Source: an uncultured Alphaproteobacteria bacterium (lineage in GTDB: Bacteria; Pseudomonadota; Alphaproteobacteria; HIMB59). From it: 61,728 nt of DNA. Shown one piece after another: positions 1 through 12,487 of this stretch. A program made the translations under genes and the position numbers. The stretch is taken from positions 1 to 61,728 of the forward strand of contig CABZOW010000001.1 in assembly GCA_902527525.1 (NCBI GenBank), in the 5' to 3' direction. The first letter of the stretch is position 1. Each line of letters starts with the position of its first letter. The notes beneath the pieces are model-generated. The model was given only the letters and a program-made list of their open reading frames with translations. It ran no database searches and was not told where the DNA came from.

Positions 1-386
1 AAATTTTCAATAAAGCCATATTGAAACTGACTCTGAGTATTAACATCAAAATTAGATTTATAATATTTATTATAATCCTCATGATTAGAAATTCTAAAAT
101 CAGAACTAAGATCTATAATTTTAACTTTTGATATTAATTCTTTGACATATCTATGAGCTGAGCCGTGAGGTAATGCTAAAAAAACACAATCTAAATTTTT
201 AAAATCATCTAGATTATCTGTTTGTATGTCTTTTAAATTTAATGATTGTAAATGAGGAAACTCCTCATCAATCGATAATTCTCTTTGAAATATTTTTGAT
301 AGCCTTACATTTGGATGCATAGAGAGAATTCGTATTAATTCTATACCTAAATAACCATTAGCTCCTATTATACCTACTTTAATCAT
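1..386 (-). CDS. argC: N-acetyl-gamma-glutamyl-phosphate reductase, 5' part (runs off window start; absent from ORF track)
   Basis: Manual translation from ATG at 386 gives MIKVGIIGANGYLGIELIRILSMHPNV...CVFLALPHG...IIDLSSDFR...YGFIE, open to the window edge. It has the GxxGY, ALPHG and DLSxDFR motifs of type-1 ArgC. Confidence 0.93.
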   Translation of the reverse strand, partial: MIKVGIIGANGYLGIELIRILSMHPNVRLSKIFQRELSIDEEFPHLQSLNLKDIQTDNLDDFKNLDCVFLALPHGSAHRYVKELISKVKIIDLSSDFRISNHEDYNKYYKSNFDVNTQSQFQYGFIEN

Positions 387-1425
387 TATTAATCCTATTG
401 ATTATCTTAGCAAAAACATTGACATGGTTAGTTGAATTATAAATATTTAAAAAGTCTGAATTAGGTATAGAAAATTTATCGATAGATTGTTTGTAAGCAG
501 AGACATTATTTGTAACAGGTCCACTTATGATCAACAGTTTATCATCTAGATTATTAGATTTTAGGTTCTCAATTATATTAACTGCCCCTGATACATCATA
601 AGCACAAATAATAATTACATCGATTGACTCCGTAATTTCAGTATTTTGAATGATTTCCTTCGTTCCATAATCTCCGTGATAGCCGTCCCCTAATTCCATT
701 AAAATTATTTCTGCATCTTCTGACATATCACTAATAATAGAGGCTGAGCAATTTTGTATAGTTTCTTTATCATTCATACAGGTGCTAGGCAGACCATAAT
801 CTACAAAATCTGATGTTTTATAAGCTCCATTATCTTCGTAAGAGTATAAATCTTTCTGGGAAGCAGTACCTGCTAACTTACAGGCATTAATTCTTTTATA
901 ATAATTACTAAGTGTTTTAATTATAAAAGAAGTTACTGTCGTTTTTCCTGAGTCTATACCAGTGCCTATGACAGCAATAGATGGAACTTTGTTTTTTATC
1001 GTCTTTTCTTTAATTTTTGAATAATTAACTAAATTCAATTGTTTATTACTATTATTTATAATAGATCCAAGCACCTCGCACTCTGTTGCAGGACCTAAGA
1101 GAATATTGAAATCTTTACAAATACCAATGACCCCTCCTAAGTTTAAAATATGGATTTTATCGTGTTTATTTAATTCAGATGGCACAGATCCTGTCATTCC
1201 TGAGGATGCAATCCGATTACCTAAAGCACCAAAGATAATATCTCCTTCAGTTAGTTCAGTAATTCTTCCAGAAATTAACTCTAGCTTATTGTAATTAGGA
1301 TTAACTGAAATTACTTTTACTGCAATTAGTTGCCCTTGATTACAATCAATCAAATCAGAGATACTCAATTCATCAATATTATTGATGTTTTTAAGTACAG
1401 AGCCTATTTTTTTAGTATAAATCAT
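379..1425 (-). CDS. DUF1611-like P-loop NTPase-fold protein, function unknown
   Basis: 348 aa with N-terminal GALGNR...LNLGGVIG motifs, Walker-A-like GTGIDSGKTT, KLAGTA..KD, DFVDYGLPST and ELGDG. Overlaps the argC start by 8 nt. Confidence 0.65.
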   Translation of the reverse strand: MIYTKKIGSVLKNINNIDELSISDLIDCNQGQLIAVKVISVNPNYNKLELISGRITELTEGDIIFGALGNRIASSGMTGSVPSELNKHDKIHILNLGGVIGICKDFNILLGPATECEVLGSIINNSNKQLNLVNYSKIKEKTIKNKVPSIAVIGTGIDSGKTTVTSFIIKTLSNYYKRINACKLAGTASQKDLYSYEDNGAYKTSDFVDYGLPSTCMNDKETIQNCSASIISDMSEDAEIILMELGDGYHGDYGTKEIIQNTEITESIDVIIICAYDVSGAVNIIENLKSNNLDDKLLIISGPVTNNVSAYKQSIDKFSIPNSDFLNIYNSTNHVNVFAKIINRINND

Positions 1426-1501
1426 CTTAAGGTTGGTTTTATATAATTATCAAGAATATAAGCAATATTTTATTTAACAGATAATATATAAGAAAATTAG
1501 A

Positions 1502-2689
1502 CTAAAGCTTTAAATTTCGCACATTTTTAGCCGCTTGGCGAATTCTTTGCTCATTTTCTACTAGCCCTATTCTCACAAAACCCTCACCATATTCACCAAA
1601 AGCAATACCTGGTGAAACAGCTACATCAGCCTTTGTCATTAAATCCTTAGCAAATTTTAAAGATCCCTTATTTTGATACTTTTTGGGTATAGGTGCCCAT
1701 GCGAACATACTAGCTTTAGGACTAGGGATGTTCCAACCTGATCGTGACATAGACTCAACTAAGACATTTCTTCTACTTTCATAAATTGACCTAATTTCAG
1801 AAACACAAGATTGAGATCCATTAAGAGCTGTGGCTGCAGCAACTTGGACGGGAGTAAATGCTCCATAATCTAAATAAGATTTAATTTTAGTTAAAGCCTC
1901 AATTAGTTTTTTATTTCCAACAGCAAATCCAATTCTCCAACCAGCCATAGCATAAGTTTTTGACATTGATGTAAACTCAACAGCAATATCTTTGGCTCGA
2001 TTAACTTGTAAAATTGAAGGTGGTGGTTTCTTATCAAAGTATATTTCTGCATAAGCAAGGTCTGATAAAACATAAACATTATATTTTAATGCCATCTGAA
2101 TAATTTCCTTATAAAAATCTAAGTCGACTACTTGCGCTGTTGGATTAGATGGGAAAGAAACTATCAATGCCACAGGTGAAGGTGAACTATTTCTAATAGA
2201 GCGATCTAGTCTTTCTAAGTATGTTTCAGGATCAAAAATACCATCTTTCATTGTTTGTAGATGTCTTAGTGAAGCACCCGCTATTATAAAACCATATGGA
2301 TGTATCGGATATGAAGGATTAGGCGAAATAATAATATCTCCGGGTGTTGAAATTGCTTGGGCTAAGTTAGCCAAACCCTCTTTAGAACCCAAGGTTACTA
2401 TAACTTCACTATCAGGATTTAATTTAACACCAAATCTTTTTTGATAATATTTAGCTTGAGCTTTTCTTAAACCAGGTACGCCCTTACTAATTGAGTACCT
2501 ACCTGTTCCTGGTTTATCTGTCACTTCTTTTAATTTATCTCTTATATGTTTAGGTGTTGGCATATCTGGATTACCCATGCCAAAATCTATAATGTCTTTG
2601 CCGTTTTTTCTAAGTTTTGCTTTAAGTTTATTTATCTCTCCAAATATATAGGGAGGCAAACGATCAATTCTGTTAAAATCATGTTTCAC
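1502..2689 (-). CDS. alaC: PLP-dependent class I/II aminotransferase (AlaC/YfdZ-like; often annotated LL-DAP aminotransferase)
   Basis: RLPPYIF, DFGMGNPD, GSKEGLA, FPSNPT, SDLAY and SMSKTYAMAGWRIG (PLP lysine). GTG start. Confidence 0.75.
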   Translation of the reverse strand: MKHDFNRIDRLPPYIFGEINKLKAKLRKNGKDIIDFGMGNPDMPTPKHIRDKLKEVTDKPGTGRYSISKGVPGLRKAQAKYYQKRFGVKLNPDSEVIVTLGSKEGLANLAQAISTPGDIIISPNPSYPIHPYGFIIAGASLRHLQTMKDGIFDPETYLERLDRSIRNSSPSPVALIVSFPSNPTAQVVDLDFYKEIIQMALKYNVYVLSDLAYAEIYFDKKPPPSILQVNRAKDIAVEFTSMSKTYAMAGWRIGFAVGNKKLIEALTKIKSYLDYGAFTPVQVAAATALNGSQSCVSEIRSIYESRRNVLVESMSRSGWNIPSPKASMFAWAPIPKKYQNKGSLKFAKDLMTKADVAVSPGIAFGEYGEGFVRIGLVENEQRIRQAAKNVRNLKL

Positions 2690-2765
2690 AATAATTAAAA
2701 TAGATTTTTTTAAAAATATCTAAAGTATTAAATTGTTACCATAGCCTTTAATTTAAAAAATTTGA

Positions 2766-3071
2766 TTAGGTTATTATTTTATTTTTTTCATTATCCACTA
2801 TTACTGGGCTTTCATAATATGTGATTTCTGGTTCCGAGTAACGTTCTGTAATCCACTTAATTCTATCTTCACTAAACCATGTTTTAGCATTTTCTATTGT
2901 TAAAAAAGTGTAGACTCCCCCAGCAAATCCATTTTCAATATCTGCTATATAATTTTTTCTCAGAAGCCCCTTTACATCTATATATATTTCAGAAGTTTCA
3001 ATAAATTTTTCTTTAAGAGTTTTTAAATTAAGATCATCAGATATCTTAAATTTAACTAGAACTGTAATCAT
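2766..3071 (-). CDS. YdhR-family putative monooxygenase (dimeric alpha/beta barrel)
   Basis: 101 aa with the GLLRKNY...AGGVYTF pattern typical of YdhR-like proteins. Confidence 0.65.
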   Translation of the reverse strand: MITVLVKFKISDDLNLKTLKEKFIETSEIYIDVKGLLRKNYIADIENGFAGGVYTFLTIENAKTWFSEDRIKWITERYSEPEITYYESPVIVDNEKNKIIT

Positions 3072-3121
3072 AAGTTTTAATAATACTAAAAATTAAATAT
3101 TTGATTACAATGTTTATTTTT

Positions 3122-6144
<3,023 letters not shown>

Positions 6145-6167
6145 TTATATTAAAATCAAGGACTGAA

Positions 6168-6512
6168 CTAAGAGAGTTTTCTTCCGTCATTAAGACCAGC
6201 TTCGTAATCTAAAGGATCGACATCATCTAAACATCCTAAATTTATACCCATACCATTTGGATCTGTTCTTCGATTATGATGAGTATAAATACCGCAATGT
6301 TTACAAAAAAAATGTTCAGCTAAGTTTAAGTTGAACTTATAAAGTGATAAATCGCTCTCTCCTTTTAAAAGTTTAAAGTTATCCTTAGATACCATGATCA
6401 TCTTTGCATTTTTTCTTATGCATATTGAGCAGTTACATTGCATAATTTTATCGAGATCTGACTCAATTTCAAATTCAATTGCCTTACAATGACAAGAACC
6501 CTTATGATGCAC
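6168..6512 (-). CDS. GFA (glutathione-dependent formaldehyde-activating / CENP-V) family protein
   Basis: Zn-ligand pattern GSCHC...CNCSIC...HFFCKHCG. Confidence 0.88.
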   Translation of the reverse strand: MHHKGSCHCKAIEFEIESDLDKIMQCNCSICIRKNAKMIMVSKDNFKLLKGESDLSLYKFNLNLAEHFFCKHCGIYTHHNRRTDPNGMGINLGCLDDVDPLDYEAGLNDGRKLS

Positions 6513-7311
6513 TTCTATGTTCCCTAAAAAAGTTTTTTAATAAATTTTTTGTTTCACTTGCTGTTTCTAAAATTGCCATATGTCCAGACTCTTCAAGAAC
6601 GATAGTCTTTGAGTCTTTTATTTTAGACGCTAATTCTAATCCAACTTTTTTAGGTGTCATTTTATCGTGTTTACCAACAATACATAAAGTAGGATGCTTT
6701 ACACTTTCTGCAGCTTTCAATCCATTTGTGTAAATATCACATGCATTAAAATCTGTGCCTAATGTTCCATTATTATTAGATGACACTAATTGACCGCCCA
6801 TTCCTAAATGGCTTAAACCTGGAACAGGATGGCCACCTTTATGTCCTAAAGGTCCGTGTACCCAATCCATCATTAAATCGACAGCTTTTTGGTCTTTATT
6901 TAATGCTAAATCTAAAAGCTCTGTATTCATTTTCATTGACATAGATCCATTTATTAAAGCCAGAAGTTCTAATTTATCTGGGTGTCTTTGAGCGAATTCT
7001 AAACCTACTAAACATCCTTGAGAATGACCAACATAAGAAGTCTTCTCTATTCCTAAAGAAGTTATCAAATCAGCAATCCAATCAGCCATTTCCTCAATTG
7101 TTTTTAAAGCAGGACCCTCTGACTCACCATGACCTGGTAAATCAACAGCTATCGTATTGTATCCATGAAAAGCAAAATACCGAGTTTGAAGAACCCAAGT
7201 AACATGTGTCAATCCACTACCATGAACAAATACAATAGTTGGTTGTTTTTTATCTATTTCTCTTCCACTGGAGGTATAATAAGCATCTTTACCATTTATC
7301 TTTATCTTCAT
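6502..7311 (-). CDS. Alpha/beta fold hydrolase
   Basis: VFVHGSG, DLPGHGES, nucleophile elbow GHSQG, GKHDKMTP and SGH triad elements. Confidence 0.9.
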   Translation of the reverse strand: MKIKINGKDAYYTSSGREIDKKQPTIVFVHGSGLTHVTWVLQTRYFAFHGYNTIAVDLPGHGESEGPALKTIEEMADWIADLITSLGIEKTSYVGHSQGCLVGLEFAQRHPDKLELLALINGSMSMKMNTELLDLALNKDQKAVDLMMDWVHGPLGHKGGHPVPGLSHLGMGGQLVSSNNNGTLGTDFNACDIYTNGLKAAESVKHPTLCIVGKHDKMTPKKVGLELASKIKDSKTIVLEESGHMAILETASETKNLLKNFFREHRSAS

Positions 7312-8621
7312 TTAGAAGCAACAAGTCTTGGTCTTTGAGATGCTTTAAAACCCATATCGAAGTCAGTCATAATATCTTCCATGTCTTCTAGTCCCACTGA
7401 AAATCTTATCATATCTTCAGTTAAACCAGCTAACTCTAGAGATTTCTTATCCATTTGAGAGTGTGTTGCGGATGCAGGATGAATAACCAAAGATTTTGCA
7501 TCACCAACATTGGCGAGGTGAGAGGTAAGCTTCAAGGCATTTATAAATGCATGACCTGCCTCTTTTCCACCCTTAATACCAAATGCTATCATTGAACCAG
7601 CACCTTTTGGCATTAACTTAGAAGCTACTTTGTGATCTGGATGATCAGGTAAACTTGGATGATTAACCCATGATACGCTCTCATTGTTTGTTAAGTAATC
7701 AAGCATAATTTGAGTATTAGATAGATGCTTTTCCATTCTGACTGATAAAGTTTCAATACCTATTAAAATGTTAAAAGCATTTGTTGGACTCATACATGGC
7801 CCAAAATCTCTCATACCTTCAGCTCTGGCTCTCATCGTAAAAGCAGCGGGTCCAAATTCTTCTGCAAAAGATAAACCGTGATAACCTTCATATGGCTCAG
7901 TCATTGTTGGAAATTTATTTCCTTTAGTCCAGTCAAAATCACCTTTTTCAACAATAATACCACCCATTGAAGTTCCATGACCAGCCATCCACTTAGTAAG
8001 AGAGTGTGTAATTATATCTGCTCCTAAATCAAATAAATTACATAGGTATGGGGTGTTAAAAGTTCCGTCAACCATAAGAGGTATATTTGCTTCCTTTGCG
8101 ATTTTAGAAATTTCAGGTAAGTCCATAATTTCAATACCGGGGTTTCCTATAAGTTCGCCCCAAATACATTTAGTGTTTGGTTGAATTGCATTTTTAAAAC
8201 CTTCAGTATCTCTTGGTTTTACAAATGTCGTATCTATTCCAAATCTTTTTAAGGTTAATCTTAATAAATTAAATGATCCTCCATAAAGCTGTGAAGAGGA
8301 AACTATATGATCACCTGCACTACAAATATTTAAAATAGCAAGAGTCATTGCACTCATTCCTGAAGCAGTAGCTAAAGCAGCTGAACCACCTTCAAGAGCA
8401 GCAACTCTTTCTTCAAGAACTGAGATAGTAGGATTTGATATTCTACTATAAATATGTCCACCCTCTTCAAGATTGAACAATGCAGCGGCATGATCCGCGT
8501 CTTGAAATAGATAAGAGGTTGTTTGATAAATTGGAACAGCACGTGAGCCAAAATTTTTATCTGGCTGATGCCCACTATGTAATGTCTTAGTGTTAAATTT
8601 GTATGTTTTAGGATCTGTCAT
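7308..8621 (-). CDS. metY: O-acetylhomoserine aminocarboxypropyltransferase / sulfhydrylase (MetY family)
   Basis: AVPIYQTTSY, IYSRISNPT, HSLTKW (PLP lysine), HLANVGDAKSLVIHPAS.TH and IRFSVGLE. Confidence 0.88.
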   Translation of the reverse strand: MTDPKTYKFNTKTLHSGHQPDKNFGSRAVPIYQTTSYLFQDADHAAALFNLEEGGHIYSRISNPTISVLEERVAALEGGSAALATASGMSAMTLAILNICSAGDHIVSSSQLYGGSFNLLRLTLKRFGIDTTFVKPRDTEGFKNAIQPNTKCIWGELIGNPGIEIMDLPEISKIAKEANIPLMVDGTFNTPYLCNLFDLGADIITHSLTKWMAGHGTSMGGIIVEKGDFDWTKGNKFPTMTEPYEGYHGLSFAEEFGPAAFTMRARAEGMRDFGPCMSPTNAFNILIGIETLSVRMEKHLSNTQIMLDYLTNNESVSWVNHPSLPDHPDHKVASKLMPKGAGSMIAFGIKGGKEAGHAFINALKLTSHLANVGDAKSLVIHPASATHSQMDKKSLELAGLTEDMIRFSVGLEDMEDIMTDFDMGFKASQRPRLVASK

Positions 8622-8662
8622 GGTAATTTAAATATATCATATATTTATATGTGAAAGTAATG

Positions 8663-8693
8663 GAAAAAAAGTCTCATATAACTTAATTATGAG
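8663..8693 (-). terminator. Possible weak intrinsic terminator after the glucosylglycerate cluster
   Basis: CTCATA-N9-TATGAG stem (8673-8693) followed on the minus strand by AC and a T7 run. Confidence 0.35.
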
Positions 8694-8710
8694 TAAATTA
8701 CATGTCTTAA

Positions 8711-10438
8711 TTAATAGTTTGTAATCCACATAGTTTGGTAAGCTTTAAGAGTTATTGTAGATTTAATATCAATAATAATTTCATTAGAAATTAAATCCCA
8801 CCACTCATTAGAGGAAATTAAATTTAATTCTGATAAATCTAAATATTGAAAAACATTAGTAACATTACTAACACAAAAAATAGATTGCCTTTTATCGTGA
8901 CTTTGTCTCCAAAAGCCAAAAAAGTTTTTTCCTAAATTAAATGTAAATTGAGTGGCGTTTGGATGAAAAGCTGGTTGATCTTTTCTAATATCGATTAATT
9001 TTGATAACTCACTGTAGATCTGATTATTTAAGGAGTCTTTGTCACTAAGTAATTTATCAATTTCATCAAACTTCCATGATCTTCTATTGATAGATCTCTT
9101 GTTATTTGTTTTCTCAACTTGTTTATAGTCATTAGTAGATCCAACGAGACTGTGTATATAAATAGCTGGTATTCCCTCAATACCTAACATCATTGAATGA
9201 CAACATATAAATCTTTCTAACTGCATGTGATCAGTTCCAAAAAAAGTACCTTTAAGAGCATCGAGTAGAGAAATATTTATTTCATAGACAGACTCTGTGT
9301 TATCAACTTTTTTTCTTTTAGTGGTCTGACCGCCAAAGTCAGTCATGATATCTACTAATGTGTCTCTTTCTTTATCAGTTAAAATACCCTCTGTAGGTCT
9401 AAGACCAATTCCATCATGAGAAGCTATAAAATTAAAATAAGAGGTATTATCTTTTGCAGGGGGCATGCCCATTGACCACTTTCTAATAGCTGTGCTGTCA
9501 CCCATTACCAAAGTCCATAGCAACAAAGGAGGTAAAGCAAAGTTATATATTGCATTAGCCTCATCATTTTCTCCAAAATAACTAAGATTTTCTAAATTTG
9601 GTAAATTCGTTTCAGTGATAAGAAGAGTATTTTTACTATATGCATTTAAAAGAGTCCTAATGAGTTTAACAACTTCATGTGTTTGAGGTAAGTTTAAACA
9701 ATTAGTTCCATATTCTTTCCACAGAAAAGCAATAGCATCTAATCGAAATACTCTTATACCATTTTTTAAATATAAATGGATTAATTTGATAAAGAAGAAA
9801 AGAACCCTAGGGTTTTTGAAATTAAAATCTACCTGGTCATGGCTAAATGTGCACCACAAATAAAAAGTCTCATCATTGATTGAATACTTTTTAAAAAGAT
9901 CTGAGCTTCTTGGACGTACAACACTCTCATATCCCTCTTGTACATTTTTCAGTTTGATAAAAAAATTTTGTGTATCTTCTTTATTTTCAATAAAGTTTTT
10001 GAAATATTTACTTTTTATAGAGGCATGATTTATAACTATATCGCTCATAACTCTAAAATCTTTTGACAATAATTTCATATCTTGCCAGTTACCTAAATCA
10101 GGTCTTACAATTTCATAATCTGTAATAGAAAATCCGTCATCAGAGCTATATGGGAAAAAAGGCAAAATGTGAACATTATTGAAATGGTCCTTACAATATT
10201 TATTTAAAAATTTAGATAGTGCTTTTAATTTATTATCAGAGGTTTCAACTATAGAGTCACCATATGATATTAAAAAAATATCTTTTTGTGACCAATTTGG
10301 TTCAGTAATACCCTGATCTTTGTTTTCAAATAAATCTAAAACCTTATTAATTAATTTTAAAATCTCATTCTGATCTAAGATATCTTTATAAATAATTTGA
10401 AAGTGGATATTTAAATTATTTTTTAATTCTTCTCTCAA
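8711..10438 (-). CDS. GH13_18 sucrose-phosphorylase family enzyme, probably glucosylglycerate phosphorylase
   Basis: HILPFFP.SSDDGF, TFSHDQ.D, RLDAIAFLWK, TETN, ASHDGIG and YEIN. The ETN/YEIN signature matches the glucosylglycerate phosphorylase (YcjM-like) branch. Confidence 0.82.
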   Translation of the reverse strand: MREELKNNLNIHFQIIYKDILDQNEILKLINKVLDLFENKDQGITEPNWSQKDIFLISYGDSIVETSDNKLKALSKFLNKYCKDHFNNVHILPFFPYSSDDGFSITDYEIVRPDLGNWQDMKLLSKDFRVMSDIVINHASIKSKYFKNFIENKEDTQNFFIKLKNVQEGYESVVRPRSSDLFKKYSINDETFYLWCTFSHDQVDFNFKNPRVLFFFIKLIHLYLKNGIRVFRLDAIAFLWKEYGTNCLNLPQTHEVVKLIRTLLNAYSKNTLLITETNLPNLENLSYFGENDEANAIYNFALPPLLLWTLVMGDSTAIRKWSMGMPPAKDNTSYFNFIASHDGIGLRPTEGILTDKERDTLVDIMTDFGGQTTKRKKVDNTESVYEINISLLDALKGTFFGTDHMQLERFICCHSMMLGIEGIPAIYIHSLVGSTNDYKQVEKTNNKRSINRRSWKFDEIDKLLSDKDSLNNQIYSELSKLIDIRKDQPAFHPNATQFTFNLGKNFFGFWRQSHDKRQSIFCVSNVTNVFQYLDLSELNLISSNEWWDLISNEIIIDIKSTITLKAYQTMWITNY

Positions 10439-10439
10439 C

Positions 10440-11651
10440 TTATGCGTTATCTTCTTTTACAGCTTTATTAAAGCTATCTAAAATTGTTGGATCTGCACTG
10501 TCAATTCTTCTCCATGTTGGAATGTTGGGATTTTCACTTGGAGACTCTAAAAAAATCTTACCTGCTTCAATAATATTTTGTGCAAACAATTCAACCATTT
10601 CCTCTTCTTTATGTACGTCAAAGTCCAAGCCATTCATTTCAGCGTCTGTTTTGTATATTTGAACCATATCAAGAGCCATACGAAAATATGTAGCTTTTAA
10701 TGAACGAAATTTTTCATGAGAAAATACCTGACCTTGTGTCGCCAATTTTCTAAAAATAGCTTTGGAAATGTCAATAGTCATTTTAGATAAACCTTTTTGT
10801 CTATTATTTTTTGAAACTTCCTGGTGTTTATGCTCATAGGTCTCTGCTAAATCAACTTGACAAATACGATTATTAGCAAAATTTCTATACATTTCAGACA
10901 GTATACCAACCTCCAAACCCCAATCGTGAGGAACTCTGATATCATTTAATAAATCATACCTAAATGAGAATTCACCAGCTAAAGGATATTTAAATATATC
11001 CAGAAAATTAAGATATTCGTTATAACCAACCATTTTTTGTAAAGATTTCACTAAAGGTGTTACTAGTAATCTTGTAACCCTTCCATTCATTTTTCCTTGA
11101 GCTACTCGGGGGTAAAAACCTTTGCAAAAATCAAAAGAAAACTTTGGATTTGCAACAGGGTAAAATAACTTTGCTAATAAATTTTTATCGTAAGTTACAA
11201 TGTCACAATCGTGCATAGCTACTGTTCCGGAATCTTTTAAAGAAATTACAAAACCCATGCAGTACCATATGTTTCTACCCTTACCTTTTTGTAATGGAGA
11301 TAAATCTAAACTAGATAAGACTTGATCTATTTTTTTTAATCTAGGACCATCGTTCCAAAGGATAAAAGTTTTTTGTGGCAGAACTGAAAAAAACTTTTTA
11401 GCTTTTAAAAATTCATTTTTATTTGCTTGATCAAGGCCAATAACTACATTTTTGATATATTTTACTTTTTTTAAAGTATTAACAATATAAGTTAGGGCTG
11501 GTTTTTCTAATTCAGAATAAAGAGAGGGTAAAATTAAAGTCATAGGAGATGTTTTTGAAAAAGATAAAAGATCTTTTTCAATCTGTTCAATTTTTTTTGT
11601 ATTAAAATTATGTAGCGTTGCTATGACACCGTTTTGATGAAAATCAGGCAT
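10440..11651 (-). CDS. gpgS: Glucosyl-3-phosphoglycerate synthase (GT-A, marine/cyanobacterial type)
   Basis: DFHQNG..TLH, PSLYSEL, GKGRN.W, HDCDI, KG.Y.R, GRVTRLLV, YPLAGEF, DWGLEVG and YEHKHQ. Confidence 0.85.
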   Translation of the reverse strand: MPDFHQNGVIATLHNFNTKKIEQIEKDLLSFSKTSPMTLILPSLYSELEKPALTYIVNTLKKVKYIKNVVIGLDQANKNEFLKAKKFFSVLPQKTFILWNDGPRLKKIDQVLSSLDLSPLQKGKGRNIWYCMGFVISLKDSGTVAMHDCDIVTYDKNLLAKLFYPVANPKFSFDFCKGFYPRVAQGKMNGRVTRLLVTPLVKSLQKMVGYNEYLNFLDIFKYPLAGEFSFRYDLLNDIRVPHDWGLEVGILSEMYRNFANNRICQVDLAETYEHKHQEVSKNNRQKGLSKMTIDISKAIFRKLATQGQVFSHEKFRSLKATYFRMALDMVQIYKTDAEMNGLDFDVHKEEEMVELFAQNIIEAGKIFLESPSENPNIPTWRRIDSADPTILDSFNKAVKEDNA

Positions 11652-11653
11652 GT

Positions 11654-12487
11654 CTAAAAAATTTTGTTCTCCAATGTTTGATTTAATTTATAAAGGACTT
11701 GAGTCCAACCGTCAGGTGCAAACTTTGATGACTTCAATATATTTTTTTTATTTGAACGCAACTTAGGGAAAGATCCAGATGGATTATTTATAAGACATGG
11801 GTAACTAGCAGAATTTAACATATCAATATCATTTTTACTGTCGCCAAGAGCTATAGTATTTTTAGAGTATGTACCATAAAATTGATTATCATATATATGA
11901 GATATTAACTTTTTAGCTATTCTTTTGTTGCATACAGATGAAACTTGCATGAATCTACTACCTTGTATTAACACTCCCTGTTTTTCAGATCTAAGCTCAT
12001 TTTTAAATTTTCTTAAATATGACAAGCTATCTTCCCAGAGAATAATTTGACTAGCCTCTCTATTTAGCATCTTACTAGTATTATCTAAGTTTGTGTATTT
12101 TTTTAAAATCTTAGAGGGAAGATCTTGGGCTATTAGAAATTTAAATTTTTTTTGTTTTTTTAATAAAAATTGATGCCAATTCTTAGAGGATAATTTTGCA
12201 ATTCTAATTTTCCAAAATTTTCCGTAATCAAATGAGTTCTTAATTTTCTTGAAACGATTTTTTGGAAAATATAAAAGTGCCCCATTCTCTGTGCTAAAAG
12301 GCATATTTGTTAAATTTAATTTTTTTAATAAATTTATAGACTCAATAAATGTCTTACTTGTATTAAAAATAACATCATTTTCATTATTGATAATACTAGT
12401 AATAGTTTTTTTATTATTACCGTAGGAGTAATTTTCATGATCTAATAAAGTTCCATCGAGATCAGTGAAGATTAGATATTTTTTCAT
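11654..12487 (-). CDS. gpgP: HAD-IIB glucosyl/mannosyl-3-phosphoglycerate phosphatase
   Basis: TDLDGTLLD, TSKT, ENGA and ALGDSKND; adjacent to gpgS. Confidence 0.8.
   Translation of the reverse strand: MKKYLIFTDLDGTLLDHENYSYGNNKKTITSIINNENDVIFNTSKTFIESINLLKKLNLTNMPFSTENGALLYFPKNRFKKIKNSFDYGKFWKIRIAKLSSKNWHQFLLKKQKKFKFLIAQDLPSKILKKYTNLDNTSKMLNREASQIILWEDSLSYLRKFKNELRSEKQGVLIQGSRFMQVSSVCNKRIAKKLISHIYDNQFYGTYSKNTIALGDSKNDIDMLNSASYPCLINNPSGSFPKLRSNKKNILKSSKFAPDGWTQVLYKLNQTLENKIF

Noticed and set aside
8622-8710. SAM-II/SAM-V riboswitch upstream of metY
   Set aside because: The 89-nt AT-rich spacer shows none of the conserved core or pseudoknot sequence I would expect, only a weak hairpin. An Rfam scan would be decisive.
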